Source of the DNA: Phycisphaerae bacterium
GTDB taxonomy: Bacteria > Planctomycetota > Phycisphaerae > UBA1845 > Fen-1342
NCBI GenBank assembly: GCA_963675745.2
Contig: CAXXWX010000016.1
Coordinates: 64,001-128,000 of the forward strand
Reading direction: 5' to 3'
Length of the DNA stretch: 64,000 nucleotides
A program made the position numbers and the translations under genes. Under the pieces are notes generated by a model. It did not search any database and was not told where the DNA came from. It saw nothing but the letters and a program-made list of their open reading frames with translations. Within the stretch, counting starts at the first letter, position 1. Every line of letters starts with the position of its first letter. Shown one piece after another: positions 44,626 to 54,160 of the stretch.

Positions 44626-45948
44626 TCACTCGCCGTCTGACGCGACATCACTCTGGAATGGCATGGCGGGTTGAACCGGCAGTGAAAACTCGCCGCTCCA
44701 GAAAGCATCCCGTTCCCAATCGCGCAGCGCCAGCTCTTCGTCGCTTGACACACGGATGGACCAGTCTCCCCACGCACCGTCCGACGCGGCCAGCTTGTCG
44801 GCCAGCCAAGCCGGACGGTTCATCGTGGGCATGTGGAAATAGGCTTCAGTCCGCGACAGCCGCTCGAAAAGCGCATCCGCCGGATCGTTCGCGAATACCA
44901 GCCCGCGGCGCGCACTGCCGTTCGAGATCCAATGGCCTGGCGGCACGCGGCACGCGGGAATCAGCGAACTGTGAATGCGCGACCATGCCACAGACTCTCC
45001 ACGGTGCATGAGATCCCACCGCACACACAGGCTGACATCGTCCGGCCACGCGCCGGGCTCCAGGGCAATCCAGATCAGCGCAACGACCGCTGCCCAATGT
45101 GGCGTTTCGTCGTCAGGCTCCATACGCCGAACCACAACTGCGGTGTTGTCACGCAGCAATCGCAGCAACTCCGGCGAGCTCCGCGCCTGGATCGCATCCG
45201 ACGTGTGAGCCACCGCTGTGACGGGGATGTCGGCGACACCGGTCCAGGTGTTAGTCATCGAGGTCAATGGGCCCACGGCGCAGTTGAACCGCACGCTTCT
45301 TGATTCAGCGGCGATAAACGTCCTGCCGTACTCCGATCGCAGTGACGAGTACCTCACTCGCTGTCCGGCCGCCGTGAAAACGGACTCGGGCTTGGCGCTG
45401 ACCGTCCAGGGCGACAGGTCGTGAACCTCGAAGTGGAAAGGCACATCGACCGGCCAGCGGTCACGAGTCCTGATGATCCCCTTTCGCTGAAACAGGTAAC
45501 GCCATTGGTGATCGGAGAGCGTGCGGCTGGAGAGTTCATGCGTTATGGGGGGGTTTTGTGGGACGACGCTCACCGGCGCGTGATGTTCATAGGCCATCGG
45601 GACGAACCAGAGCAGCACATCGGTCGGTACGATCGACAGCCAGCCGTCACGCCTGATTTGCGGGGTGAGGTACAGTGCCCCTGCGGCGAGCACGAACATG
45701 CAACCGGCAGCCGCCATGCGCCAATAGCGGCCTGTGCGGTGCAGTTGCCGCTCGCGGCCGGCGTCGAAGCCGCACTCGGAGCAACGCAGTCCGGGTGTTC
45801 CGCGCATATCGTAGCCACAGCGTGGGCACCGCCGCCAGCCACGCGGGCGATCCCACAGCAATGCGCGATAAAGCACATACGCGCCGACGAGCAGCAGCAT
45901 CCCCGCGACAGGCCAGACCACCCAGATGTTGTCGAGCCAGGTGAGCAT
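44626..45948 (-). CDS. Membrane protein with double CxxC zinc ribbon, unknown function
   Basis: TM - RCPRCGYDMRG...CSECG - TM; ATG 45948. Confidence 0.7.
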   Translation of the reverse strand: MLTWLDNIWVVWPVAGMLLLVGAYVLYRALLWDRPRGWRRCPRCGYDMRGTPGLRCSECGFDAGRERQLHRTGRYWRMAAAGCMFVLAAGALYLTPQIRRDGWLSIVPTDVLLWFVPMAYEHHAPVSVVPQNPPITHELSSRTLSDHQWRYLFQRKGIIRTRDRWPVDVPFHFEVHDLSPWTVSAKPESVFTAAGQRVRYSSLRSEYGRTFIAAESRSVRFNCAVGPLTSMTNTWTGVADIPVTAVAHTSDAIQARSSPELLRLLRDNTAVVVRRMEPDDETPHWAAVVALIWIALEPGAWPDDVSLCVRWDLMHRGESVAWSRIHSSLIPACRVPPGHWISNGSARRGLVFANDPADALFERLSRTEAYFHMPTMNRPAWLADKLAASDGAWGDWSIRVSSDEELALRDWERDAFWSGEFSLPVQPAMPFQSDVASDGE

Positions 45949-46022
45949 CAGGGAATTGTACCGGAAGGCGCTTGCCGCGGTGGCAAGTTGCCGGGAGTTC
46001 ACGCCGCACTGCCGGGCTTGAC

Positions 46023-46050
46023 GTAACGGCCGACGCCTCGTCGGCCGTCG
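46023..46050 (+). repeat. GTAA palindromic REP-like element
   Basis: gtaacggccgacgcctcgtcggccg. Confidence 0.7.
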
Positions 46051-46162
46051 CTGTCAGCGCGTGCCGCGCTCGCTCAAAGCGGCGGCCACGACGCGGGCGC
46101 TTGCCGGGAGTTCAACCCGCGCGGCCTTTGGTGAAGTTGCGCAGACGCCAGCAACCGGCGAC

Positions 46163-47768
46163 GATGGGCGACAATCTGCGCGGCGGTCATAGTCACGCGG
46201 CGCCGAGCCACCTACGATCGCGCGTGAAGAGCAAGCGAAGCAGAAAGCGTCGCGGGGAGTCCGCCGACCTCTCCGCGTGTCTCCGATGGGCGCGCGAATA
46301 TCTTCCTGATTATTTCACCGACGACCCGTGCCAGTTCCACCGCGAGCTGGTGCGCGACCTTCAGGACTCGCGCAAACGCCTGATCGCCCGCGTGGCTCCG
46401 CGCGGTCACGCCAAGAGCACCTGTAGCGCCTTCGCATACCCCCTGTGGTGCATCTGCCAGCAGTTGCGCCGGAACATCGTGATCATCACCCACGAAACCT
46501 CACTGGCCACACAATTCGTACGCGACATTCGGGGCGAGCTCGAGTGCAACGAGCGGATTCTGGAGGAGTACGGCGACCTCTGCAGCGACGAGGCGGCAGC
46601 CGATGACCGATCGGGGGTTACCCCTTCCGACCGTCCCGCCAAACAGCAGCAGACGAAAGCGACACAGCGACCTAAGCGCGCTGCCAAACGGCGACGAACC
46701 TGGTCACAGACCAAGTTCACGACGACGACCGGGATCACAGTGCAGGCCAAGGGCACCGGTGCCAGCTTCCGCGGCGCGCGCGTCGGTCCACATCGGCCCG
46801 ATTTGATCGTCTGCGACGATATCGAGAAAGATGAGCACGTCGAATCGCCCGAGGGACGCCGCAAGCTCGAACATTGGTTGCGACGCGTGGTCATGCCGGC
46901 CCTGGCGCCGGATGGGCAGCTGCTCGTGCTGGGATCGATCATCCACTACGACTCACTGCTCGCGAATCTGCGTGACAAGCAGCGGTTTCCGCGCTGGGAC
47001 TACCGGGTCTACCGCGCCCTCGAGGCCGAGCAGCAGACGGATGGCACGTATCGTCGTGTGGCATTGTGGCCGGCGCGCTGGCCGGTGGAACGGTTGGACA
47101 TCGAGCGCGAGCGCGTCGGCACGCTGGCGTTCGAGCAGGAATACATGGCCAACCCGATCGATGACACCATCCGCGTGTTCCGCCCGGAGTGGCTGCGGCG
47201 TTACGAAGACGCCGAGCTGCCCGGGAAGCGCGCCGTGACTCTGATGGCCGTCGATCCGGCCACCGGCGTCAGCGGCGGCGACTACTTCGCGCTCTGGGTT
47301 GGCGACCTCGATCCAAACACGGGCGTCATCTTCACCCGCCGGCTCACGCTGGACCGCATCGGCGTTGTGCAGCAGATCAAACGCATCATCGCCGCGTTCG
47401 ACGAGTGGCACCCGATGAGGATAGGGATTGAAACCGTTGCGTATCAGGTCGCGCTCAAGGAAATCCTCGAGGAAGAAAGCCGCAAGCGCGGCCTGTACAT
47501 GCCGATCGTGTCGCTCCAGACAACGGCGAATAAACGCGCCCGCATCGAAGGTAGCTCGACGTTTTACGAGAACGGTATGTTCCGATTGCCGCCACAGCTT
47601 GACCCGGAAATCGAGCGCCAGTTTCTGCACTTCCCCAAGGCCCGCCATGACGATGCGCCCGACGTATGCGCGATGGGCATCGAATTGGCGCGAGCACTGC
47701 GCGGCGGACTGGGTGTCGATGGCACCATCGGCGGAACGAATCCGTTTGCGCGCAACGGCGGATGGTGA
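46163..47768 (+). CDS. Phage-type terminase large subunit (ATPase + RNase H-like nuclease)
   Basis: Walker A APRGHAKST, RG.R...RPDLIVCDD Walker B, FEQEYM, nuclease MAVDPA/GDY, IGIE, FPKARHDDAPD. Start uncertain (ATG 46163 or GTG 46224). Confidence 0.88.
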
Positions 47769-48013
47769 GGCCCGGCCAGCTACGCGCACCGCCACAATCG
47801 CCGGCGTGAGTTGTCACGATCTCCGGTTCTTCGGTTATCATCATGCGCACCGTGGCCCCGTGTTTGCAGCTCGCCGCGGAAGCCGCCACGATCCCGCGTG
47901 GCCGAAGCGGATCGCCAAAACCGCCGTGAGATTCATGTGCCGCCACGGGGCGCGGCTGTTAAGATCATCTTCGCAACGGCCTGTTTGCTGTTACTCGGAC
48001 ACGAGGAGCTCAG

Positions 48014-48385
48014 ATGCCAAGCGGCGCGCAACTCAGCATTGACACGATAGAGGATGTGACCGTTGTGAGCTTTGAGGACACGCGGATTCTCGGGACGGTG
48101 CAGATCGAGGCGATCAAGTCCGAGCTGAACCGTCTGGTAACAGAGCGCAAATGCCAGAAACTCATCCTCGAGTTCAGCCGAGTGCAGTTTCTGGCATCGT
48201 CGGCGGTCGGGGCACTCCTGAACCTGCAGAAACAGAGCTCGGCGATCAAGGGAACGCTGGTCATCAGCGGGCTGAAGGACAAGCTGCTGAAGATCTTCGA
48301 GATAATGAAGATCAAGAAGCTCTTTACGTTCTGTCCTACGCTGGACGAGGCCCTGCAGCATTTCGGACTTAGCGAATCGGCTTAG
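48014..48385 (+). CDS. STAS-domain anti-sigma-factor antagonist
   Basis: LEFSRVQFLASSAVGALL...IFEIMKI; SD gaggag. Confidence 0.9.
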   Translation: MPSGAQLSIDTIEDVTVVSFEDTRILGTVQIEAIKSELNRLVTERKCQKLILEFSRVQFLASSAVGALLNLQKQSSAIKGTLVISGLKDKLLKIFEIMKIKKLFTFCPTLDEALQHFGLSESA

Positions 48386-48585
48386 CGTGACGCCAATCGA
48401 CGCAACTCCAAGTGCCGATAACGTGTGCTGCGAAACATGCTCGGGCATTTGTTTTGCCACCGGGGTTTGTCGGGGCTAGTATATATGTGGCAGGGTCAGC
48501 TCAACGCGGGCCAGAAGTCTTGACTAATTCATAATCGTCTTAGTGTGCGCTTACTCAGCGCGCCTGTGTACCGAGGGTTGAGAGC

Positions 48586-49242
48586 ATGTTGTCTGCGTTT
48601 TCACGGCGTGTTTTACTGAGCGGGCTCGTGTGCCTCCTGGGGGGCAGCGTCAGCTTTGCGGAACTCAGCCAGGTTTCCGTGTTCCTCGATCAGTCGAACG
48701 AGTTCGCCGACGGCCAGATGTACGGGCGTGTGGACGTGACTGCGAATTCGCAAACCGGCGTCGTGAGCTTCCATGTCGAGGCGTTTTCCAATCCCGAGTA
48801 TGACGTGCCTGGGTGGAACCAGGGTTTTGACAGCTTTGGGTTCAACTTCAGTGGAATTGCCGACCGGGTCTGGACCTGGTCGTGGTCGAAGCCTACCAAC
48901 TGGATCAGCCGGACGAACCGGCGCCAGGATGGCTTTGGGCTGTTCGACATCATCATTCAAAAGGGGCCCGGCGGCAGTCGCCAAGAGCCGCTCGACTTTG
49001 AGTTTACCCTCCCGAATGCCAGCGATGCCGTGGTCAGCAATTTCATCGACCTGTCGCGTGACCAGGCCGACCAGGGCAACCAGGTCTTCGCAGCCCACTA
49101 TGCCGGATTTAACGCCGGCGACTCGGTTTCCAGCCACTTCATTGGCGGCTCGACGCCGCACGTTGTCCCCTTGCCAAGCGCCCTGTTGCTGGGCGGCTTT
49201 GGGCTATCCCTTGTCTGCCGTCTACGGCGCCGCCTGGCCTAG
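48586..49242 (+). CDS. Secreted protein with VPLPA/PEP-CTERM-like sorting tail
   Basis: Signal peptide; DGFGxFD; C-terminal VVPLPSALLLGGFGL..RLRRRLA. Confidence 0.8.
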   Translation: MLSAFSRRVLLSGLVCLLGGSVSFAELSQVSVFLDQSNEFADGQMYGRVDVTANSQTGVVSFHVEAFSNPEYDVPGWNQGFDSFGFNFSGIADRVWTWSWSKPTNWISRTNRRQDGFGLFDIIIQKGPGGSRQEPLDFEFTLPNASDAVVSNFIDLSRDQADQGNQVFAAHYAGFNAGDSVSSHFIGGSTPHVVPLPSALLLGGFGLSLVCRLRRRLA

Positions 49243-49441
49243 CCGGCAACCAACTGACGCCGCTGTCTCCCCACCGGCGCGCACCACCCCGAAAAATGCC
49301 CGATAAACCCTCCGGGGAAAATACGTATTTGCTTTGGCGGGCGGCCTATCCACGGTATTATGGACTCGGCAGGCTCGTAGGGTCCCGGGTGTGGCCTTTC
49401 GGAAGATGTCCGTGCATCGTCGTGATTTTAAGGGGAAGATT

Positions 49442-50098
49442 GTGAGCCCATCACTTCCACGCAGATTCCTCGTCGTCGGCTTGATTTGCACGCTTGGCGC
49501 CGCCATCAGTGTTGCGGGCTTCAGCGAGATGTCGATCTTCCTTGATCAGTCGAACGAGTTCGCGGACGGCCCGAGCTATGGCCGTGTGGACATCACGGCT
49601 GATTCCACCACCGGTCTGGTCACATTCCATGTCGACTCGTATACGGTTGCCGACTACGTCAGCCTGAGTTCGAACGCCGGCTTTCAGACCTTTGGCTTCA
49701 ACTTCACCGGAGTCAGCGATCCGGTGTCGGCGTGGAGCGACTGGTCGCGCCCGAGCGGTTGGGGCGTGCACACGAACTCAAACCAGGACGGTTTTGGAGA
49801 GTTCGACGTCGTCCTGAGCGGCAATGGCGGCAACCGCGTTGAGTCGATCGAGTTCGAGTTCAAGCTCCCCGACGCCAGCCAGGCCGTAGTTGACAACTTC
49901 ATCGATTTCTCACATGACTCGGCGGGCCAGGGCAACGTCTTCTTTGCGGGCCACTACGCCGGCTTCACCGGCACCCCGGGCAGCAATTACATTGGCGGCA
50001 GCAAGATCGTGCCGCCTCAGGTTCCGATACCAGGGGCAGCGCTGTTGGGGGCCATTGGGTTGTCGGTCGTGTGCGGGATTCGTCGTCGGCTAGCCTGA
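49442..50098 (+). CDS. Tandem paralog with PEP-CTERM-like sorting tail
   Basis: Shares FLDQSNEFADG..YGRVD, FGFNF, QDGFG.FD and QGN.FFA.HYAGF-like motifs; tail VPIPGAALLG...RRRLA; GTG 49442. Confidence 0.8.
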   Translation: MSPSLPRRFLVVGLICTLGAAISVAGFSEMSIFLDQSNEFADGPSYGRVDITADSTTGLVTFHVDSYTVADYVSLSSNAGFQTFGFNFTGVSDPVSAWSDWSRPSGWGVHTNSNQDGFGEFDVVLSGNGGNRVESIEFEFKLPDASQAVVDNFIDFSHDSAGQGNVFFAGHYAGFTGTPGSNYIGGSKIVPPQVPIPGAALLGAIGLSVVCGIRRRLA

Positions 50099-50187
50099 AG
50101 CCTGACACTCGCCAACAGCCGGTGGTGCGAGCGCTGAGCGCATCCACCCCAGGGTTTATATGTCGCTACTCACCCGACCGGCTCACT

Positions 50188-51306
50188 CTATGCGCTGCCG
50201 CCCAGCAGCCTCACCAGCACCCCGCGCATTTCCTGTAGAAAACGCGACCCGCTGAACCGCCCCATCAGCGTGTGCATGTGCATCGGGTCAAAACCTGTGT
50301 GGGTGGCACGCTCGATGGCGTCAATCACGGCGTCCGTTGTCTGCTCCTCGAACCACACGCCTGTTTCACCAGGGACAACCGTCTCGCACGCCCCCCCGAC
50401 GGCATAGGCCACCACCGGGCAACCATGGGCCATCGCCTCGACCGGCACGATGCCGAAATCCTCTTCACCGGGGAATAGCAGCGCCGCGGCACGGCGGTAG
50501 TGCGCGTTGATCACATCCGCACGCTGCCAGCCCAGCCACTCCACATTGGCCGACTTGCGGCGTTTCAGGCGGCTCACGTCGGGGCCTTCACCGATCACGA
50601 CCAGATGCCGGCCGAGTGCTTCGGCCGCCAGGAGTGCCAGGTCGAGCCGCTTGTAGGGCACGTGATGGCCAACCGCGAGTAGAAAATCCTCGCGGGCGGT
50701 GGTCGTGGGTTTGGACGGCAGATCAACGGGCGGATAGACCACCACGCTATCGCGCCCGTAATAGCGCTCTATGCGCGCGGCCACGTGCCGGGAATTGGCC
50801 ACGAACTGGTCCACACGCTGCGCCGCCGCGTGGTCGGCCTTGCGAATACGGGCAGTCGTCCACTCCCAAAGCGGGTACAGAACACGCGGTAGAGTGCGGC
50901 GATATTCGCGTGACAACTCTGGTTCCCAGGCGTAGCGCGCCGGGGAGTGGCAATAGCAGGCGACTTTGCTGCGCGCGTGTGGCGTCATCGCCTTGGCGAT
51001 CGCGGCGTCAGAGCAAACGACCAGATCCACATCGGGCAGCCGCATCCGGCGATAGGCCAGCGGCATGAGCGGCAGCAACTTGGGGTACAGCTTCAGCGCG
51101 TGGGGGATGTGCTGGATAAACGACGTGTGGATTTCCCTAGTCGGATCGTCGGGTTCGAAGCGGAAATCCGGGTTGTGAACAAGCGTGTAGATCGGACTGT
51201 CGGCTGGCAGCAGCGCTGCGATGGCCTCCAGCACGCGTTCACCGCCCCGCCGACGAATGAGCCAGTGATGCGTCAGGGCCGCGGTGCATTCCAGTCGATC
51301 ATCCAT
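50188..51306 (-). CDS. GT4 family glycosyltransferase
   Basis: GGERVL, YCHSPARYAW, YKRLDL, EDFGIVPVEAMA. Confidence 0.92.
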   Translation of the reverse strand: MDDRLECTAALTHHWLIRRRGGERVLEAIAALLPADSPIYTLVHNPDFRFEPDDPTREIHTSFIQHIPHALKLYPKLLPLMPLAYRRMRLPDVDLVVCSDAAIAKAMTPHARSKVACYCHSPARYAWEPELSREYRRTLPRVLYPLWEWTTARIRKADHAAAQRVDQFVANSRHVAARIERYYGRDSVVVYPPVDLPSKPTTTAREDFLLAVGHHVPYKRLDLALLAAEALGRHLVVIGEGPDVSRLKRRKSANVEWLGWQRADVINAHYRRAAALLFPGEEDFGIVPVEAMAHGCPVVAYAVGGACETVVPGETGVWFEEQTTDAVIDAIERATHTGFDPMHMHTLMGRFSGSRFLQEMRGVLVRLLGGSA

Positions 51307-51345
51307 GGCGAGAGTATAGCGGACGAGGCGGGGGGAGAAGAAACC

Positions 51346-51393
51346 AGGCAACAAGGCAACGAGGCAGCTAGGCAACGAGGCGGCTAGGCGGCG
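51346..51393 (+). repeat. Degenerate 8-bp tandem repeat (AGGCRRCN x6)
   Basis: aggcaaca aggcaacg aggcagct aggcaacg aggcggct aggcggcg. Confidence 0.8.
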
Positions 51394-51438
51394 GTGTATG
51401 GTTGGCGTGGTGGTGGGGTGGGGTTTACACTTGCGCGC

Positions 51439-52299
51439 ATGGAGCGTGGGTTGCATTGGTTGAGTGGTCGCCGTGAGCGTGTGCTGGCATGCGCGGTTGT
51501 TGTCTGTGTCGCCAGCGCCGGCTGCGAACGACCGCCCCCGCCGCCGGGAACAAGTCCGACCACGCAGCCGGCCGCGCCCTCACGAGCAACGGAGCCAATC
51601 GCTGACCTGGCGCCCGGTTGGGACACATGGACGGTCGAGGACGCCGTTGCCAGGCTGGATGACGAGCAATTCGCGCTTAGTGCGGCGGTGCGGCTGGTCC
51701 GGCTGGCGGAACTGCAACCGGTAATGCTGCCCGACCCGCTACCGGCGGACCTGGCGGCTACGCTGGCGGTTGTACGGCTGGCGGACGATCAATGGGCGGT
51801 TGGCGTCCCAGAGATCGGGGCACCCGACCGCCTGTGGGGACCGGTCCTGATCGCGCGCGACGGAGGTGTGACGCTGATCGCCGAAGGCACCGCCGACCCC
51901 GTGCTACTGCGCATCTCCGACAACCCGGAGGTATTTCCGCACGTCGCGGTCGCGCGTGACGAGGTTGTGCTGCCCAGCCGGCCCGACGTCTCGGCCATCT
52001 GGCTCGTCGGCCCGGAGAGCGTGGGTTTCGCGGTGCGATTTGAGGAGGGATATCCCTATATCGCGCTGGTGTTGTGGGACCAGCGCGACATCGAAGTCGC
52101 GCGGTACACGTGGGAGCCGTGGGAATTGGTCTTTGTCGGTCCGGCCGGGGATTCGCTGCCCGATCCGCCCGGCGGCGAGTTTGAAATGGACCTGGATCTC
52201 AGTGAGCTGTTGGAGCCGGTCGGCGGAATAATCGAGGAACCGATTGAGCTCCCAGAGCAGCCGGCCGTGGACCTGGGTGCTGAGCCGGAACCAGCCTGA
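51439..52299 (+). CDS. Acidic hypothetical lipoprotein
   Basis: Lipobox-like ASAGC after a hydrophobic stretch; Pro-rich linker. Confidence 0.6.
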   Translation: MERGLHWLSGRRERVLACAVVVCVASAGCERPPPPPGTSPTTQPAAPSRATEPIADLAPGWDTWTVEDAVARLDDEQFALSAAVRLVRLAELQPVMLPDPLPADLAATLAVVRLADDQWAVGVPEIGAPDRLWGPVLIARDGGVTLIAEGTADPVLLRISDNPEVFPHVAVARDEVVLPSRPDVSAIWLVGPESVGFAVRFEEGYPYIALVLWDQRDIEVARYTWEPWELVFVGPAGDSLPDPPGGEFEMDLDLSELLEPVGGIIEEPIELPEQPAVDLGAEPEPA

Positions 52300-52314
52300 C
52301 GAGAACGCGAGCAA

Positions 52315-53217
52315 ATGGCAAAGACCCGGAGATCAGGGGCAAACGCGGCGAAAAAACGCGCTGCCAAGGCCAAGGCCGCCACAAAGTCGGGTAGAGGGCG
52401 CCAACATGCCGACGCGAACAGCCGTCGGCATGGCACCCGGCCCATACCGAGCGACACGAGCCATCGGCGTGGCACACAGCCCTCGCGTGCCGGCGCGAAC
52501 AGCCGTCGGCATGGCACCCCGCTGGTCAAGGGGCGACCGGCGGCGCGGCGCTCACGCGAGACAAAGGCCGCGCGTGGCGAGCGGGCGCTAGGGATTTTGA
52601 ACACGCTGCGCGCGACGTACCCCGAAGCTCTCTGCGCATTGCGCCACCGCAGCGCATACGAACTGCTCGTGGCGACCATCCTGTCAGCCCAGTGTACGGA
52701 CGAGCGCGTCAACCAGGTTACGCCGGAGCTGTTTCGCCGTTACCCCGACGCCGAGACCCTGGTACGGGCGGCGCAGCCAGAACTTGAGGAGCTGATCCGC
52801 TCGACCGGGTTTTTCCGCAACAAAACGAAGAGCCTGATGGGGTTGGCCCGACTGGTCTGTGAGAACTTCGACGGCGAGATTCCGAGCGCGATGGAAGACC
52901 TGCTCAAGCTTCCCGGCGTCGCGCGGAAGACCGCGAACTGCGTGCTCGGCACGTGGTTCGGGCAGAATGTCGGCGTGGTGGTCGACACGCACGTCGGGCG
53001 GCTGGCACTCCGGCTGCGCTTGCTGACGACGGCACGCGATGACAAAGACGCCGTCAAGATCGAACGCGACCTGATGCAGCTTTTCCCGCAGGAGTCATGG
53101 ACCTACCTCTCGCACGCCCTGATCCAGCACGGCCGCACAACCTGCACGGCGCGCAAGCCGAAGTGCGACAAGTGCGCCCTGGCGCCGGATTGCCCGTCGG
53201 CCGGGCAGCTTGGTTAG
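52315..53217 (+). CDS. nth: Endonuclease III with basic N-terminal extension
   Basis: LSAQCTDERVN, HhH LPGVARKTAN, VDTHV, Fe-S motif CTARKPKCDKCALAPDC. Confidence 0.95.
   Translation: MAKTRRSGANAAKKRAAKAKAATKSGRGRQHADANSRRHGTRPIPSDTSHRRGTQPSRAGANSRRHGTPLVKGRPAARRSRETKAARGERALGILNTLRATYPEALCALRHRSAYELLVATILSAQCTDERVNQVTPELFRRYPDAETLVRAAQPELEELIRSTGFFRNKTKSLMGLARLVCENFDGEIPSAMEDLLKLPGVARKTANCVLGTWFGQNVGVVVDTHVGRLALRLRLLTTARDDKDAVKIERDLMQLFPQESWTYLSHALIQHGRTTCTARKPKCDKCALAPDCPSAGQLG
52405..52519. repeat. Three tandem palindromic REP-like units within the nth 5' region
   Basis: catgccgacg-cgaacagc-cgtcggcatg-gcaccc, a degenerate middle copy, and cgtgccggcgcgaacagccgtcggcatggcaccc. Confidence 0.75.
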
Positions 53218-53272
53218 CGCCGTCGCCAAACCACAAGCCACGCGCACTCAACCATGCTGCCGAATGACCAAC

Positions 53273-53300
53273 GTAACGGCCTGCGCCTCGCAGGCCGTCG
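53273..53300 (+). repeat. GTAA palindromic REP-like element
   Basis: gtaacggcctgcgcctcgcaggccg. Confidence 0.7.
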
Positions 53301-53526
53301 GATGCTGGAAAAGCCGCGGCCAGTAGCGGCTGCTGGGCCCGCGCCGACTACCAATGGCCACTTCGTCCGCCTGATGGTGGGATGACCACGCTTTGCATGG
53401 TACGATGGCGCGGCACCGGCGCGACCGCGCTTGTGCCGGGCACGTTCCGCCGTGTGGGTTGATGCTCTGGCGTGGTCCGCGCGGCGAATCATGTGCGAGC
53501 CACTCTACCGGCGGAGAGGACGCGGG

Positions 53527-53832
53527 ATGAGCTCACGACCCCTTGGCATATCAGCAGACCGAGTGGCGGACTTCTGCCGACGCCACCGTATTCGCAAGCT
53601 GTCCTTGTTCGGCTCGGTGCTGCGCGACGATTTCCGCCCGGACAGCGACGTGGATGTGCTCATCCAATTCGAGGCGGGGCACGTGGTCGGCCTCGACATC
53701 ATGGACATTGAAGAGGAGCTGTCGCAGCTTCTCGGTGGCCGCAAGATCGACCTGGTCAACGAGAAATACCTGAATCGGCGTTTGCGCTCCCGTATTCTGG
53801 CCGAAGCCCAGGTGCAATATGCCCAAGGATGA
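53527..53832 (+). CDS. Minimal nucleotidyltransferase (MntA-like antitoxin)
   Basis: FGSVLRDDFRPDSDVD matches GSX10DXD. Confidence 0.92.
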   Translation: MSSRPLGISADRVADFCRRHRIRKLSLFGSVLRDDFRPDSDVDVLIQFEAGHVVGLDIMDIEEELSQLLGGRKIDLVNEKYLNRRLRSRILAEAQVQYAQG

Positions 53833-54160
53833 CTCCATATACGTCGGGCACATGCTCGACACCGCCAGGCTGGCCGCTGCAAAGGTGGCGGGCATCACGC
53901 GCGAAGCCTTCGATGCGGATGAGAATCTTCGGCTGGCACTGGCCCACCTGATCCAGACCATAGGCGAAGCGGCCCGTCAGGTCTCACCCGGTTTTCGCAA
54001 AGTCCATCCGCAGGTCCCATGGAACAAAGTCATCGGCATGCGCCACCGCGTGGTGCATGACTACCTTCACGTGGACTACGACATCGTGTGGGGCGTCGTG
54101 AGCATCGATTTACCCCAGTTGATCGAGACCCTGGCGGACATCCTGCCGGCTGGGCAATAG
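53819..54160 (+). CDS. HEPN/DUF86 RNase toxin (HepT-like)
   Basis: IGEAA, VPW, RHRVVHDY (RX4HXY); overlaps the MNT gene. Confidence 0.92.
   Translation: MPKDDSIYVGHMLDTARLAAAKVAGITREAFDADENLRLALAHLIQTIGEAARQVSPGFRKVHPQVPWNKVIGMRHRVVHDYLHVDYDIVWGVVSIDLPQLIETLADILPAGQ

Noticed and set aside
44500..48400. Prophage around the terminase
   Set aside because: No integrase, att/tRNA site, portal, capsid or tail genes; the flanks are cellular genes.
53527..54160. MNT-HEPN pair as a novel defence system
   Set aside because: It is a canonical, widespread toxin-antitoxin module with standard motifs.
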